Source: Thermodesulfovibrionia bacterium
GTDB taxonomy: Bacteria > Nitrospirota > Thermodesulfovibrionia > UBA6902
Length of the DNA stretch: 64,000 bases
Direction: 5' to 3'
Assembly: GCA_020057065.1 (NCBI GenBank)
Contig: JAGVGM010000277.1
Coordinates: 1,794-65,793, forward strand
Below the pieces are notes generated by a model. That model was given only the letters and a program-made list of their open reading frames with translations, was not told the origin of the DNA and did not search any database. Shown here in pieces: positions 20,575-30,225 of the stretch. The first letter of the stretch is position 1. Each line of letters opens with the position of its first letter. Position numbers and translations under genes: made by a program.

Positions 20575-21684
20575 ATGTCTAAAAAGAATATCCTTCACGT
20601 TATCCATTCGCTGGATGTCGGTGGGGCTGAAAGGCTTGTTTGCGATATTGCAAAGGGAACGGTAAAGGATATTTTTAATGTCATGATCTGCTGTCTGGAC
20701 CGGGTGGGCGCTTTAGGAGAGGAGCTTCAATTGGAAGGCTTCAGAGTGATGTCTCTCGAAAGAAAACCGGGCATTGACTGGAAGATGGTTTCCGAACTGA
20801 GAAAAATAATAGGAGAGTATGCAGTTGATATTGTTCATGCCCATCAATACACTTCGTTCTTTTACTCCTCTCTTGCAAGAAATATTAATGAAAGACCCCA
20901 CATAATATTCACGGAGCACGGCAGATTTTTCCCGGACAGGAAGAGCACTAAGCGGTATATTTTCAATCCCATCCTGCAGAGGTTCGCATCGGAAATTATC
21001 GCCATCTCGGAAGCGACAAAAGAGGCGATGGTGAAAAATGATAATTTCCCGAAGAAGAGAATTAAAGTTCTCTATAACGGTGTCAAGTTCAATTCAAAGA
21101 TCACGGACAGAAATCTAAAACGCCGCGAGCTAAATATATCGGAAGAGGACTTTGTAATAGCGACGGCAGCGAGGCTGGACTCCATAAAAAATTACAGCAT
21201 GCTGATAAGGATGATGAAGAGACTCTCTGTATCTGCCTCTGATATAAAACTGCTCATTGCGGGCAGCGGTTCAGAGTATGAAAAACTTGCCGGGGAAATA
21301 GACGCATTTAATCTTTCAGGACATGTGCGCTTATTAGGGCATCGCCGTGACGTGCCTGATATATTTCAGGCTTCGGACCTGTTTGTGCTCAGTTCTCTTA
21401 GCGAGGGCACATCGGTTACTTTACTGGAAGCTATGTACTCCGGCCTGCCAGCGGTTGTCACCAATGTCGGCGGCAATCCGGAGGTTGTTGAAAACGGGGT
21501 CACGGGTTTGCTTGTAAATAGCGATGATGATGAGGATATGGCTGAAAAGGCGCTCATTTTCTACAATGACAGGTCGAAGTTAAAAGGCTTCGGAGAGGCT
21601 GCAAGAATGAGGGCTCAAAGATTATTTTCTTTTGAGACAATGATGAAAAATTATGAAGACCTGTATTTGAAATATGCCAACTGA
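20575..21684 (+). CDS. GT4 glycosyltransferase (PEP-CTERM/EpsH1-associated sugar transferase type)
   Basis: HVIHSLDVGGAERLV and EGTSVTLLEAMYSGLPAVVTNVGGNPEVVENGVTG. Confidence 0.85.
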   Translation: MSKKNILHVIHSLDVGGAERLVCDIAKGTVKDIFNVMICCLDRVGALGEELQLEGFRVMSLERKPGIDWKMVSELRKIIGEYAVDIVHAHQYTSFFYSSLARNINERPHIIFTEHGRFFPDRKSTKRYIFNPILQRFASEIIAISEATKEAMVKNDNFPKKRIKVLYNGVKFNSKITDRNLKRRELNISEEDFVIATAARLDSIKNYSMLIRMMKRLSVSASDIKLLIAGSGSEYEKLAGEIDAFNLSGHVRLLGHRRDVPDIFQASDLFVLSSLSEGTSVTLLEAMYSGLPAVVTNVGGNPEVVENGVTGLLVNSDDDEDMAEKALIFYNDRSKLKGFGEAARMRAQRLFSFETMMKNYEDLYLKYAN

Positions 21685-22267
21685 TATAAAAAAAATCGCC
21701 AAGTCCATATTCAATTTAATCGTCAGGATTTTAATGCTGCCTCTCTATCTGATATATCTTATTTTGAGGATATTCATAGAAAAGGACAGCGTGTTTCATG
21801 GCTTTTCCCAGTTGTTCAGCCTCTTCCCGGGCATACCGGGCAACTATATGAGAAAAGAGTTTTACAGGATGACTCTGAAACATTGTGACAGCGAATGCGC
21901 CATATGTTTCGGGACCGTAATTTCGCACACAGATTCTGAAATAGGCAAGGGTGTTTATATAGGCCCCAATTGCAATCTCGGCACGGTAAAGCTGGAAGAT
22001 AACGTTACTCTTGGAAGCAATGTCCATATCCTTAGCGGTAAGCGACAGCATAACTTTTCTGATATAACAATTCCTGTACAGGATCAGCGCGGTATTTATG
22101 AGAAAGTCAGTATAGGGTCCGATACCTGGATCGGGAACTCTTCGGTGATCATGGCTAATATTGGCAAAAAATGTATTATCGGCGCTGGAAGCGTAGTCAC
22201 AAAGGAAATAGAAGATTATTCGATAGCAGCAGGCAATCCTGCAAGGGTTATCAGGAAGAGAGTTTGA
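21674..22267 (+). CDS. Hexapeptide-repeat (LbH) O-acetyltransferase, WcaF-like
   Basis: N-terminal TM helix, then left-handed beta-helix repeats (IGPNCNLG..LGSNVHIL..IGSDTWIGNSSVIM..IGAGSVV) and IAAGNPARVI. Confidence 0.8.
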   Translation: MPTDIKKIAKSIFNLIVRILMLPLYLIYLILRIFIEKDSVFHGFSQLFSLFPGIPGNYMRKEFYRMTLKHCDSECAICFGTVISHTDSEIGKGVYIGPNCNLGTVKLEDNVTLGSNVHILSGKRQHNFSDITIPVQDQRGIYEKVSIGSDTWIGNSSVIMANIGKKCIIGAGSVVTKEIEDYSIAAGNPARVIRKRV

Positions 22268-22347
22268 CCTGTATAATGCAGACATTGTTCGGTTGGTCTG
22301 GAAAGAATGTAGATAAGATATTATGAGTCAGGACAGCCTTAATGTTG

Positions 22348-22789
22348 CCCCCCCCTTTAGAAAAGGGGGGTAGGGGGGATTTGAAGACTTGTCAGGCAAC
22401 TATGCTTACTTACAATAAAAGATTAAAACCATTATCGAGAAGCCTAAGAAGCAATATGACTGATGCAGAGAGATTGCTGTGGTCAAAAATAAGAAGAAAG
22501 CAATTAAAAGGATTTCAATTTTACCGGCAGAAGGTTATTGGCAATTATATTGCTGATTTCTACTGCCCCGAATTAAAGCTGGTCATTGAAGTTGACGGCG
22601 GCCAACATTACAGTGCTGAAGGTAGGGAGAATGATCGTATGAGAGATGCTTACATGTCAGGAGCAGGGATAACTGTTGTAAGGTTTTCAGATAGAGATGT
22701 ATTGAAGGATCTCAAAGCTGTCCTGGAAGAAATATGGAAAAAATTATAATTATAAAATCCCCCTTCATCCCCCTTTTTCAAAGTGGGAG
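22348..22789 (+). mobile_element. Compact TIR-bounded unit carrying a DUF559 ORF (putative selfish/mobile element)
   Basis: Left arm 22348-22382 is CCCCCCCCTTTAGAAAAGGGGGGTAGGGGGGATTT. Right arm 22754-22789 is AAAATCCCCCTTCATCCCCCTTTTTCAAAGTGGGAG, whose reverse complement aligns with the left arm. The ORF starts 19 nt after the left arm and stops 4 nt before the right arm. Confidence 0.45.
22402..22749 (+). CDS. DUF559 endonuclease-domain protein (Vsr-like fold)
   Basis: ARSLRSNMTDAERLLWSKIRRKQLKGFQFYRQ..IADFYCPELKLVIEVDGGQHY. The ORF-track N-terminus (MLPPPLEKGGRGDL) is a translation of the palindrome, so ATG 22402 is preferred. Confidence 0.85.
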   Translation: MLTYNKRLKPLSRSLRSNMTDAERLLWSKIRRKQLKGFQFYRQKVIGNYIADFYCPELKLVIEVDGGQHYSAEGRENDRMRDAYMSGAGITVVRFSDRDVLKDLKAVLEEIWKKL

Positions 22790-22834
22790 ACAGAAATTAA
22801 CCCTCACTTTTATGCGAAGCCCCAATAACTAATT

Positions 22835-24718
22835 ATGTGCGGAATAACCGGAATATACAACTGTGGCAGTAAAGCGCCGGTAAGCGAAACTCTCTTAAGA
22901 GAAATGACAGGTGTTCTATCACATCGTGGTCCGGACGGTGAGGGTTTTTATTTTAATGGCAATATTGGTATGGGGCATAGAAGGTTGAGCATTATCGATC
23001 TGGAAGGCGGCTCGCAGCCGATTTATAATGAGAAAAAAGATATCGTTATAGTCTTCAATGGGGAAATTTACAATTTTCCTGAACTTAGAAAAGAACTCGT
23101 AAACAAGGGGCATGTTTTCTATACAAATACCGATACAGAGGCCATAGTCCACCTCTATGAAGATATGGGAGAGCGGTGTGTTGAAAAATTGCGCGGCATG
23201 TTTGCATTTGCATTGTGGGACAGCAGGAAGAAGAAGATGTTTCTTGCAAGGGACCGGGTCGGGAAGAAGCCTCTGTATTATTACTACGACAGAGAGAGGT
23301 TGGTCTTTGCATCAGAGCTGAAATCAATATTAATAGACAAAACTATCAAGAGAGAAATCTCGAACGAGGCTTTAACGGACTATCTCGTTTTTCTGTGTGT
23401 CATCGCTCCGAAAACCATTTTCAAGAACGTATATAAACTGAATGCAGGAAATATTCTGACCTGCGATCCAAATGGAATAAACATAAAAGAATACTGGGAC
23501 CTTCATCCGCAGATCAATGCATCGCTTGATGAAAATGCATATGCCGGGAGGCTTTTTGATATTTTAAAAGATGCTGTACAATGCCGTTTGATAAGTGACG
23601 TCTCTCTCGGTGCATTCCTGAGCGGGGGCATGGATTCAAGCACAGTCACCTGCCTGATGAGCGAGATCAAAAAGGATAAAGTGATAACCACATCCATTGG
23701 ATTCAGGGAGAAGGATTTTGACGAGTCCCATTATGCCCGGCTTGCGGCAAGGCATTTCTCTACCGAGCATCATGAAGAGATCGTTGAATCCAATGCAGTG
23801 GACCAGATAGATGAGATCATCTGGTTCTTGGACGAGCCTTTTGCCGATGCCTCGGCGATCCCTACATATGATCTTTCAAGGGCGGCAAGGAAACATGTAA
23901 AAGTTGCCTTAAGCGGAGACGGAGGGGATGAGATATTCGCCGGGTACAGGAGGTATTATTATGACAACCTTGAGAATAGGGTCAGGCATTTTATCCCTGC
24001 GATCATCCGCGCCACCCTGCTCAGGGGCGCAGCGGACATTTACCCGAAGGCTGAGTGGGTTCCGAGAATATTAAGGGCCAAGACCTTTCTTCAGAATTTA
24101 AGCTCAACGCAGGAGAGGAGCCATTTTAATTCGGTCTCAGCTTATAACGATCTTGAGAGAAATAGTATACTGAATCAAGATATGTTGCTGGCATTGAACG
24201 GTTACCATCCTTTTTCCGTCATGGAGGGATATTACAATAAGACAGGCGATGTGGATGATCTGACAAAAATATTGTATGTTGATTTCAAAACATATCTGCC
24301 TGACCGCATGCTCGTAAAGGTTGACAGGATGAGCATGGCAAATTCACTTGAGGTCAGGTGTCCTTTTCTGGATCACAAACTGCTTGAATTCGCCGCACAG
24401 ATGCCGTCCGCTCTGAAACTGAAGGGCAGGCAGGGAAAATATATCCTGAAAAAAACTATGGAGTCGAGGCTGCCCGGAGAGATAATTAACAGGTCCAAGA
24501 AAGGCTTTGACATACCTTTGGACCTCTGGTTCCGTACTGACTTAAAAAATAAGGCATATGACTGTATCTTCAGCCGTAATGCCTTTCTGAAAAATTATTT
24601 TAATTATGATTTTATCACCGGCATGTGGGACCAGCACCAGAAAGGGCAGAGAAACTGGGGACAGCATCTCTGGAGTTTGTACGTGCTTGAATTGTGGTCT
24701 AAGAGATTTCTGGATTGA
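22835..24718 (+). CDS. Asparagine synthase (glutamine-hydrolysing)-like amidotransferase, exosortase-associated
   Basis: N-terminal MCGITGIY nucleophile, PP-loop LSGGMDSS, 627 aa. Confidence 0.9.
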   Translation: MCGITGIYNCGSKAPVSETLLREMTGVLSHRGPDGEGFYFNGNIGMGHRRLSIIDLEGGSQPIYNEKKDIVIVFNGEIYNFPELRKELVNKGHVFYTNTDTEAIVHLYEDMGERCVEKLRGMFAFALWDSRKKKMFLARDRVGKKPLYYYYDRERLVFASELKSILIDKTIKREISNEALTDYLVFLCVIAPKTIFKNVYKLNAGNILTCDPNGINIKEYWDLHPQINASLDENAYAGRLFDILKDAVQCRLISDVSLGAFLSGGMDSSTVTCLMSEIKKDKVITTSIGFREKDFDESHYARLAARHFSTEHHEEIVESNAVDQIDEIIWFLDEPFADASAIPTYDLSRAARKHVKVALSGDGGDEIFAGYRRYYYDNLENRVRHFIPAIIRATLLRGAADIYPKAEWVPRILRAKTFLQNLSSTQERSHFNSVSAYNDLERNSILNQDMLLALNGYHPFSVMEGYYNKTGDVDDLTKILYVDFKTYLPDRMLVKVDRMSMANSLEVRCPFLDHKLLEFAAQMPSALKLKGRQGKYILKKTMESRLPGEIINRSKKGFDIPLDLWFRTDLKNKAYDCIFSRNAFLKNYFNYDFITGMWDQHQKGQRNWGQHLWSLYVLELWSKRFLD

Positions 24719-24763
24719 TTAATACGGTTTGTTCATAATCTATCTAAAGCAAAAAGAGACCAT

Positions 24764-25546
24764 ATGAAAAATAAATTCATTTTTATCGGGGGGCTGCACA
24801 GAAGCGGCACATCCGTATTTTTTCAATGCCTGCGGGATCATCCCATGATCAGCGGATTCCGGGACACGGGAGCATGGGAAGATGAAGGACAGCACCTGCA
24901 ATCCGTTTATCAGCCTGCGAAGTTTTATGGAGGGCCGGGGAGGTTCGGATTAAGAAAAGAGGCTCATCTGACGGAAGAGTCTAAATTGGTTTCCGATGAG
25001 AACAGGATAAGACTGTTCTCTGACTGGCAAAAGCACTGGGATATCAATAAGCCCTTCCTGCTTGAGAAATCCCCGCCGAACTTAATAATGACAAGATTTT
25101 TACAGGAAATGTTCCCTGACTCATATTTTCTTATAATAACAAGACACCCTGTTGCGGTCTCGTTTGCGACACAGAAGTTTGTAGGGGGCAGGGCCTCAAT
25201 TCATTCCATGCTCAGACACTGGCTGGTCTGTCATGAGATCTTCTGGAGAGACAGTCGGCATTTGAAGAATTTATATATACTTAGATACGAGGATTTTGTT
25301 AAGGACCCGTCCTTGTACCTGCAGAACATTTACTCATTTTTAGGAATAGACGGCTATAACACCGATCTGGAAGTCCGCGCCAATATCAATGACAGGTATT
25401 TTAAGAAATGGGAACAGTACAATAATAGCGTGATCAAAAAACCCTATACCAATTTCCTGAAATTGAAATTTGAGAGATCGGTTAACCGCTTTGGTTACAG
25501 CTTACATGACCTGAAAACCACAAAAGCGGAAAATGCATATTTCTAA
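24764..25546 (+). CDS. Sulfotransferase-family protein
   Basis: 5'-PSB-like FIGGLHRSGTS and 3'-PB-like IITRHPVAVSFA. Confidence 0.7.
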   Translation: MKNKFIFIGGLHRSGTSVFFQCLRDHPMISGFRDTGAWEDEGQHLQSVYQPAKFYGGPGRFGLRKEAHLTEESKLVSDENRIRLFSDWQKHWDINKPFLLEKSPPNLIMTRFLQEMFPDSYFLIITRHPVAVSFATQKFVGGRASIHSMLRHWLVCHEIFWRDSRHLKNLYILRYEDFVKDPSLYLQNIYSFLGIDGYNTDLEVRANINDRYFKKWEQYNNSVIKKPYTNFLKLKFERSVNRFGYSLHDLKTTKAENAYF

Positions 25547-25601
25547 TTTTGACTGTATCAGATTTTAATCCGTAACTACTTCAAGTGAAAACATAAAAGA
25601 T

Positions 25602-26435
25602 ATGCAAAAAGAAGATCGCACAATTGAACAACTTGAAAGGCATTATGTAATTGAAAAAGCTCTTGCCGATAAACTAAAAAAAGCGAGCCTTGAAGAAAGG
25701 AGATATCTCTATTCCGTCTTATATAGTGAACTTTTCAATAAAGTCCCTGATCATCCACAACTCACGCGAAAAGTTAATGAAAGCATGCGGTCAAAGCATG
25801 TTTCTTCTCAAATAAAAAAACTAATTCCATTATTAAGCGAAAAAATGACTTTTTTAGAATTGGGGGCAGGAGACTGTAGTTTGTCTTATGAGGTATCTAA
25901 ATATGTTAAGAAGGTGATCGCGGTAGATGTATCAGCTGATATAGCTAAATCAGATTTATTGCCATCAAATTTCGAGTTGATCATTTCTGATGGGTCGTCC
26001 GTCAATGTTCAACCAAATACTGTCGACATCGCTTATAGTAACCAACTTATGGAGCATCTGCATCCTGATGATGCTTTGATGCAATTGAAAAACATATACA
26101 AGACGCTTGTATCGGGTGGTATCTATATATGCATTACACCTCATCGATTTTTAGGGCCGCATGATATATCTGAGCATTTTGATAAAGTTGCCACCGGATT
26201 TCATCTCAAAGAGTATACATATTCAGAATTATACAAAATGTTTAAAAGTGCTGGTTTCTATAGAATCTATCCTGTCTTTAGTTTCAAAGGGAGGCACTTT
26301 AAATTACCTTTATGGCCTCATGTGATTTTGGAGAAAATGCTATATGTTTTGTTAATGTTTGTTTCTAGAAACATGAAAAGATCTCTTTCTCAAATGCGAC
26401 TTTTTGGGATTGAAATAATTGCAATAAAGCGATGA
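25602..26435 (+). CDS. Class I SAM-dependent methyltransferase
   Basis: Motif I FLELGAGDCS, then VIAVDVS and LMEHL. Confidence 0.75.
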   Translation: MQKEDRTIEQLERHYVIEKALADKLKKASLEERRYLYSVLYSELFNKVPDHPQLTRKVNESMRSKHVSSQIKKLIPLLSEKMTFLELGAGDCSLSYEVSKYVKKVIAVDVSADIAKSDLLPSNFELIISDGSSVNVQPNTVDIAYSNQLMEHLHPDDALMQLKNIYKTLVSGGIYICITPHRFLGPHDISEHFDKVATGFHLKEYTYSELYKMFKSAGFYRIYPVFSFKGRHFKLPLWPHVILEKMLYVLLMFVSRNMKRSLSQMRLFGIEIIAIKR

Positions 26436-26439
26436 ATTG

Positions 26440-28878
26440 ATGGATAACTTCAGTAAAATAGTGATCACCACTGAAGAAAGTGCCGGAATGGAACGTATCA
26501 TGGAGCCTGTAACTTTTGGGATTCCCTTTCCAAAGGGATATTTGAAGGAAAAAACACATTTAGGTATTTATGACTCAAAAGGCAATACGATCCCATTTCA
26601 AATAAAAATATTGTCTAACTGGCAAGAACAGAGTGTGAAATGGGCCTTGTTGGATATTCTTGTGAATTGTGAACCTAAATCAGCGGTTAATTATTACCTT
26701 ATTTTAAAAGATCAGCCATTTTTGGAAGAAGGACAACATTATGACTCGATAAAAATTGAAGAAAGTAATTCATCTATTACCATCGACACTGAAAAAGCAA
26801 TATTTATTATTGACAAGAAGACCTTTATGCCCTTTAGACAGGTAAATATTTCAGGAGTTAACGTTATTGACCAATCAAATTCCTGTATGATGCTCAAAGA
26901 CGAATTTAATAGAGAATATACCCCGAAAATTAAAAATATTAGCATTGAAACAAGAGGATTAATCAGAAGCACGGTCAAAGCGCAAGGTCAATTCGTATAT
27001 AAGGATGGATCCGTATTTTCTGATTTTCTTGCGAGAGCATCTTTTTATGCCGGGAAGAGATTCGCAAAAATAGACTTTACAATTAGAAATTCTAAAGCGT
27101 CTAAACACCCCGGTGGCTTATGGGACTTGGGAGATGAAGGGTCTATCTACTTTAAAGACCTGTCATTTAACTTTGCCCTGACTGAGAAAAAAGATATTTC
27201 CATATTCTGGAAAACTGAAATTAATGAAAAAGAAAGGCGTCTGAACAACGATAAAATAGAAATTTATCAGGATTCAAGTGGTGGAGTAAAATGGGACAGT
27301 CTGAACCATGTTAATAAGAACGGGAAAGTTATGAACTCTTTCAGAGGGTACAAGGTTTACTCAGTTGACTTACTGGAACAAGGATTCAGGGCTACTCCAA
27401 CAATAGTCGTTCAGTCGCAAAACAGAAAGATGGCGGCTACCCTGCAAAAATTCTGGCAAAACTCTCCTAAAGCAATAGAGGCTGAAAACAATTTATTAAC
27501 TTTAAGATTATTTCCACACCAGTACAACGACGTCTATGAACTTCAGGGCGGAGAACAAAAAACGCATACAATATTCCTGGTCTTTGGACATGATAACAAT
27601 GAAGATATAAATATAGACTGGGTACATGCCCCTCTTGTTGCAAAGGCGTCTCCTAATTGGTATGCAAAAACCGGTGCACATGGATATTTAGCTTCTGCTG
27701 CAGATAATAAAAATCCTGATTACCAGGCGTTGATTGAGCATGCTATTTTAGGGGACAAAAATTTCTTTGATCTGCGTGAGGAAGTAGATGAGTACGGATG
27801 GCGTAATTTTGGAGAAGTATATGCAGATCATGAGATCGTTAACTATAAAGGAGGCCGTTTTCCTTTTATATCACACTATAATAATCAGTATGATGTTATC
27901 AATGGCTGTATCTTGCAATATTTACGCTCGGGAGATATTAGATGGTATGATTTAATGACCGATCTTACAAAACATGTTATAGATATTGACATTTATCACA
28001 CAACTAAGGACAGGAATGCATTTAATAATGGCACGTTCTGGCATACAAATCATTTTATGCATGCTGAAACTTCTACTCATAGATCATTTTCTTGCAAGCA
28101 TCAAAACAACGAAAAAACTTATTCTTATGGAGGAGGGCCTTCACCGGAAAACTGTTATTCTACAGGCCTTCTTAATTATTATTATCTTACCGGTGAGGAG
28201 TTGGCCAAAGAAACAATTTTGGAGTTGTCTAAGTGGATATTAAGCCAGGACAAAATGGACAATAATCTTATTGGAATTATACGAGGAATTAAAAAAAGAA
28301 TATCATCATCATTAAATGAATTCTCAGGTTCTCCAACAAGAAGTCAGGCTAATATGCTTAATACATTGTTAGATGCTTTTGAACTAACTAATGATAGGGA
28401 ATATCTTTCAAAAGCAGAAAAGCTTATTAAAAAATTTATAAGTCCGGTTGATGATATTAACAGGTTTAATGAAAATGAAGTAATAAAATTCGGACACATT
28501 CTCTTTCTGCAATCATTAGGAAAATATCTTGACGTCAAAGAAGGTATGGATGAAAAAGACGACATGTATAATTATACTAAGAAAAGCTTCTTGTATCATG
28601 CAATGTGGATGTTAGATAATGAAGTGCCCTATAAGAAAATATTCCATAAACTTGATATCCCCAGTTCCACTTGGCCGGCACATGATGTGCGAAAAAGTGC
28701 TATCTTTAATTTTGCATATAAATATGCTGACGGACCTCTTAAGCATAAATTCAAGGCTAAGGCTGAATTTTTCTTTAATACAGCTATCAAAGATGTTTTA
28801 TCTTTTAGTGATGAGTCGATGTACTTTGTCCGCCCCTTGGCTGTTCTTATGCATTACGGTGTTATGCATATATATTAA
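26440..28878 (+). CDS. Large (812 aa) cytoplasmic-looking protein of unknown function; possibly a polysaccharide lyase/hydrolase-like beta-sandwich plus alpha/alpha-toroid
   Basis: Long uninterrupted ORF, 5 nt after the methyltransferase stop. No signal peptide or TM is visible. The fold suggestion rests only on a weak recollection of PcRGLX/YetA-like N-termini. Confidence 0.6.
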   Translation: MDNFSKIVITTEESAGMERIMEPVTFGIPFPKGYLKEKTHLGIYDSKGNTIPFQIKILSNWQEQSVKWALLDILVNCEPKSAVNYYLILKDQPFLEEGQHYDSIKIEESNSSITIDTEKAIFIIDKKTFMPFRQVNISGVNVIDQSNSCMMLKDEFNREYTPKIKNISIETRGLIRSTVKAQGQFVYKDGSVFSDFLARASFYAGKRFAKIDFTIRNSKASKHPGGLWDLGDEGSIYFKDLSFNFALTEKKDISIFWKTEINEKERRLNNDKIEIYQDSSGGVKWDSLNHVNKNGKVMNSFRGYKVYSVDLLEQGFRATPTIVVQSQNRKMAATLQKFWQNSPKAIEAENNLLTLRLFPHQYNDVYELQGGEQKTHTIFLVFGHDNNEDINIDWVHAPLVAKASPNWYAKTGAHGYLASAADNKNPDYQALIEHAILGDKNFFDLREEVDEYGWRNFGEVYADHEIVNYKGGRFPFISHYNNQYDVINGCILQYLRSGDIRWYDLMTDLTKHVIDIDIYHTTKDRNAFNNGTFWHTNHFMHAETSTHRSFSCKHQNNEKTYSYGGGPSPENCYSTGLLNYYYLTGEELAKETILELSKWILSQDKMDNNLIGIIRGIKKRISSSLNEFSGSPTRSQANMLNTLLDAFELTNDREYLSKAEKLIKKFISPVDDINRFNENEVIKFGHILFLQSLGKYLDVKEGMDEKDDMYNYTKKSFLYHAMWMLDNEVPYKKIFHKLDIPSSTWPAHDVRKSAIFNFAYKYADGPLKHKFKAKAEFFFNTAIKDVLSFSDESMYFVRPLAVLMHYGVMHIY

Positions 28879-29001
28879 GTGAAGTGTGCTTTATTATCTA
28901 ACATTATTAAATTAATAATAAGAGAAAATTCAAAGAAGGGAAGGTCATATTTGAACGAAAAACTGATTTATTGTTGATTTTTCCTACATCCAATTTCAAT
29001 T

Positions 29002-30069
29002 ATGATGAAGAAATATATTATTTCATTATCCTTAATGGGACTAAGTATATTAATAATTTTTTGCTCTGGCGAAGTTATGCTTAGATTGTTTGGATATTAT
29101 GGTGAAGCATCCTTGAGAATTTCCAATGCATATCCAGTTGATGATCCTATTATAAATTATCGATATAAACCTGGAAGTGTATATTCTATTGGAAACATTA
29201 AATATAAAATCAATAGTAATGGACTGCGAGACAATAATCATCATTTTCAGAAAGCAAATAATGTTTATCGTATTATGATGTTGGGAGATTCTGTTGCCGA
29301 AGGATATGGTGTAAATTTTGAGGAAACTGTTGGTAACCAGTTAGAAAAAATGATGAATTATAGAATCATGAGCCGTAAAGTTGAAGTTGTTAATATCGCT
29401 ATGTCCGGCTTAAATACCTATCAGGAAGCGCATCTTCTCCAGACAATAGGTATTAAGTATGCGCCTGATTTGATAATCCTTTGTTATGTTATGAATGATG
29501 CTGGAGAAAGTATTCGTTTTAAGAAAAATGAAAAAAGAAAGAAGTATTCTAAAATTAATTTGGTCAACTTAAGAATTCCAATATCGATTAAACATACATT
29601 GAAAAAATCAGCACTTATTTATTTTATCAAGAATAAAATTGATGCATTATTGTGGCAATTTAATATCAACGATTCTGATGATCCTTTCAATAGTATAAAG
29701 ACAGATTATTTCCAAAGTATTTACAGTGATGATAAAAAGTGGCATCAGGTACTGGAAGGATTTTCGACTATTTCTCAGATTGCAAAAGAACTGCATAGCG
29801 ATATAATAATGGTTATATTCCCAATAATGTATAACTTTGATAATTATGATTGGGCTAATATACACTCAAGAGTAAGACAAAGTGGAGAAGAACAAGGTTT
29901 TTATGTTCTAGATCTTCTATCTGAATATTCAAAATATTCAGTTAAAAGCCTGCGCTTAGAGAGAGGTGATTTTATCCATCCCAATAAAGAAGGACATCAA
30001 ATTGCTGCAACAGAACTACTTAAGTATATCAAAGAATATAATTTAATGAAAAATATTCATAGTGATTGA
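29002..30069 (+). CDS. SGNH/GDSL hydrolase-family protein with N-terminal membrane anchor
   Basis: Block I MLGDSVAEG, block II AMSGLNT, block III VMNDAG, block V DFIHPNKEGH. Confidence 0.8.
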   Translation: MMKKYIISLSLMGLSILIIFCSGEVMLRLFGYYGEASLRISNAYPVDDPIINYRYKPGSVYSIGNIKYKINSNGLRDNNHHFQKANNVYRIMMLGDSVAEGYGVNFEETVGNQLEKMMNYRIMSRKVEVVNIAMSGLNTYQEAHLLQTIGIKYAPDLIILCYVMNDAGESIRFKKNEKRKKYSKINLVNLRIPISIKHTLKKSALIYFIKNKIDALLWQFNINDSDDPFNSIKTDYFQSIYSDDKKWHQVLEGFSTISQIAKELHSDIIMVIFPIMYNFDNYDWANIHSRVRQSGEEQGFYVLDLLSEYSKYSVKSLRLERGDFIHPNKEGHQIAATELLKYIKEYNLMKNIHSD

Positions 30070-30225
30070 TTCTGCTATGTATATTAAGGACGTTTATACA
30101 AAAAAGGATGCTGCTCTTTAATAATAATATAAATCATGGTCTTTAAACTATTGTTGATGGTTGCTATTATAATTTATCTGAATGATATGAGAAAAAACAG
30201 ATAGCATGATGCCTTGTATTCTACT

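Noticed and set aside
21731-22285. 184-aa ORF on the minus strand
   Set aside because: It lies entirely antisense to the LbH acetyltransferase gene, which has clear hexapeptide motifs. It has no recognisable motifs and is a typical shadow ORF.
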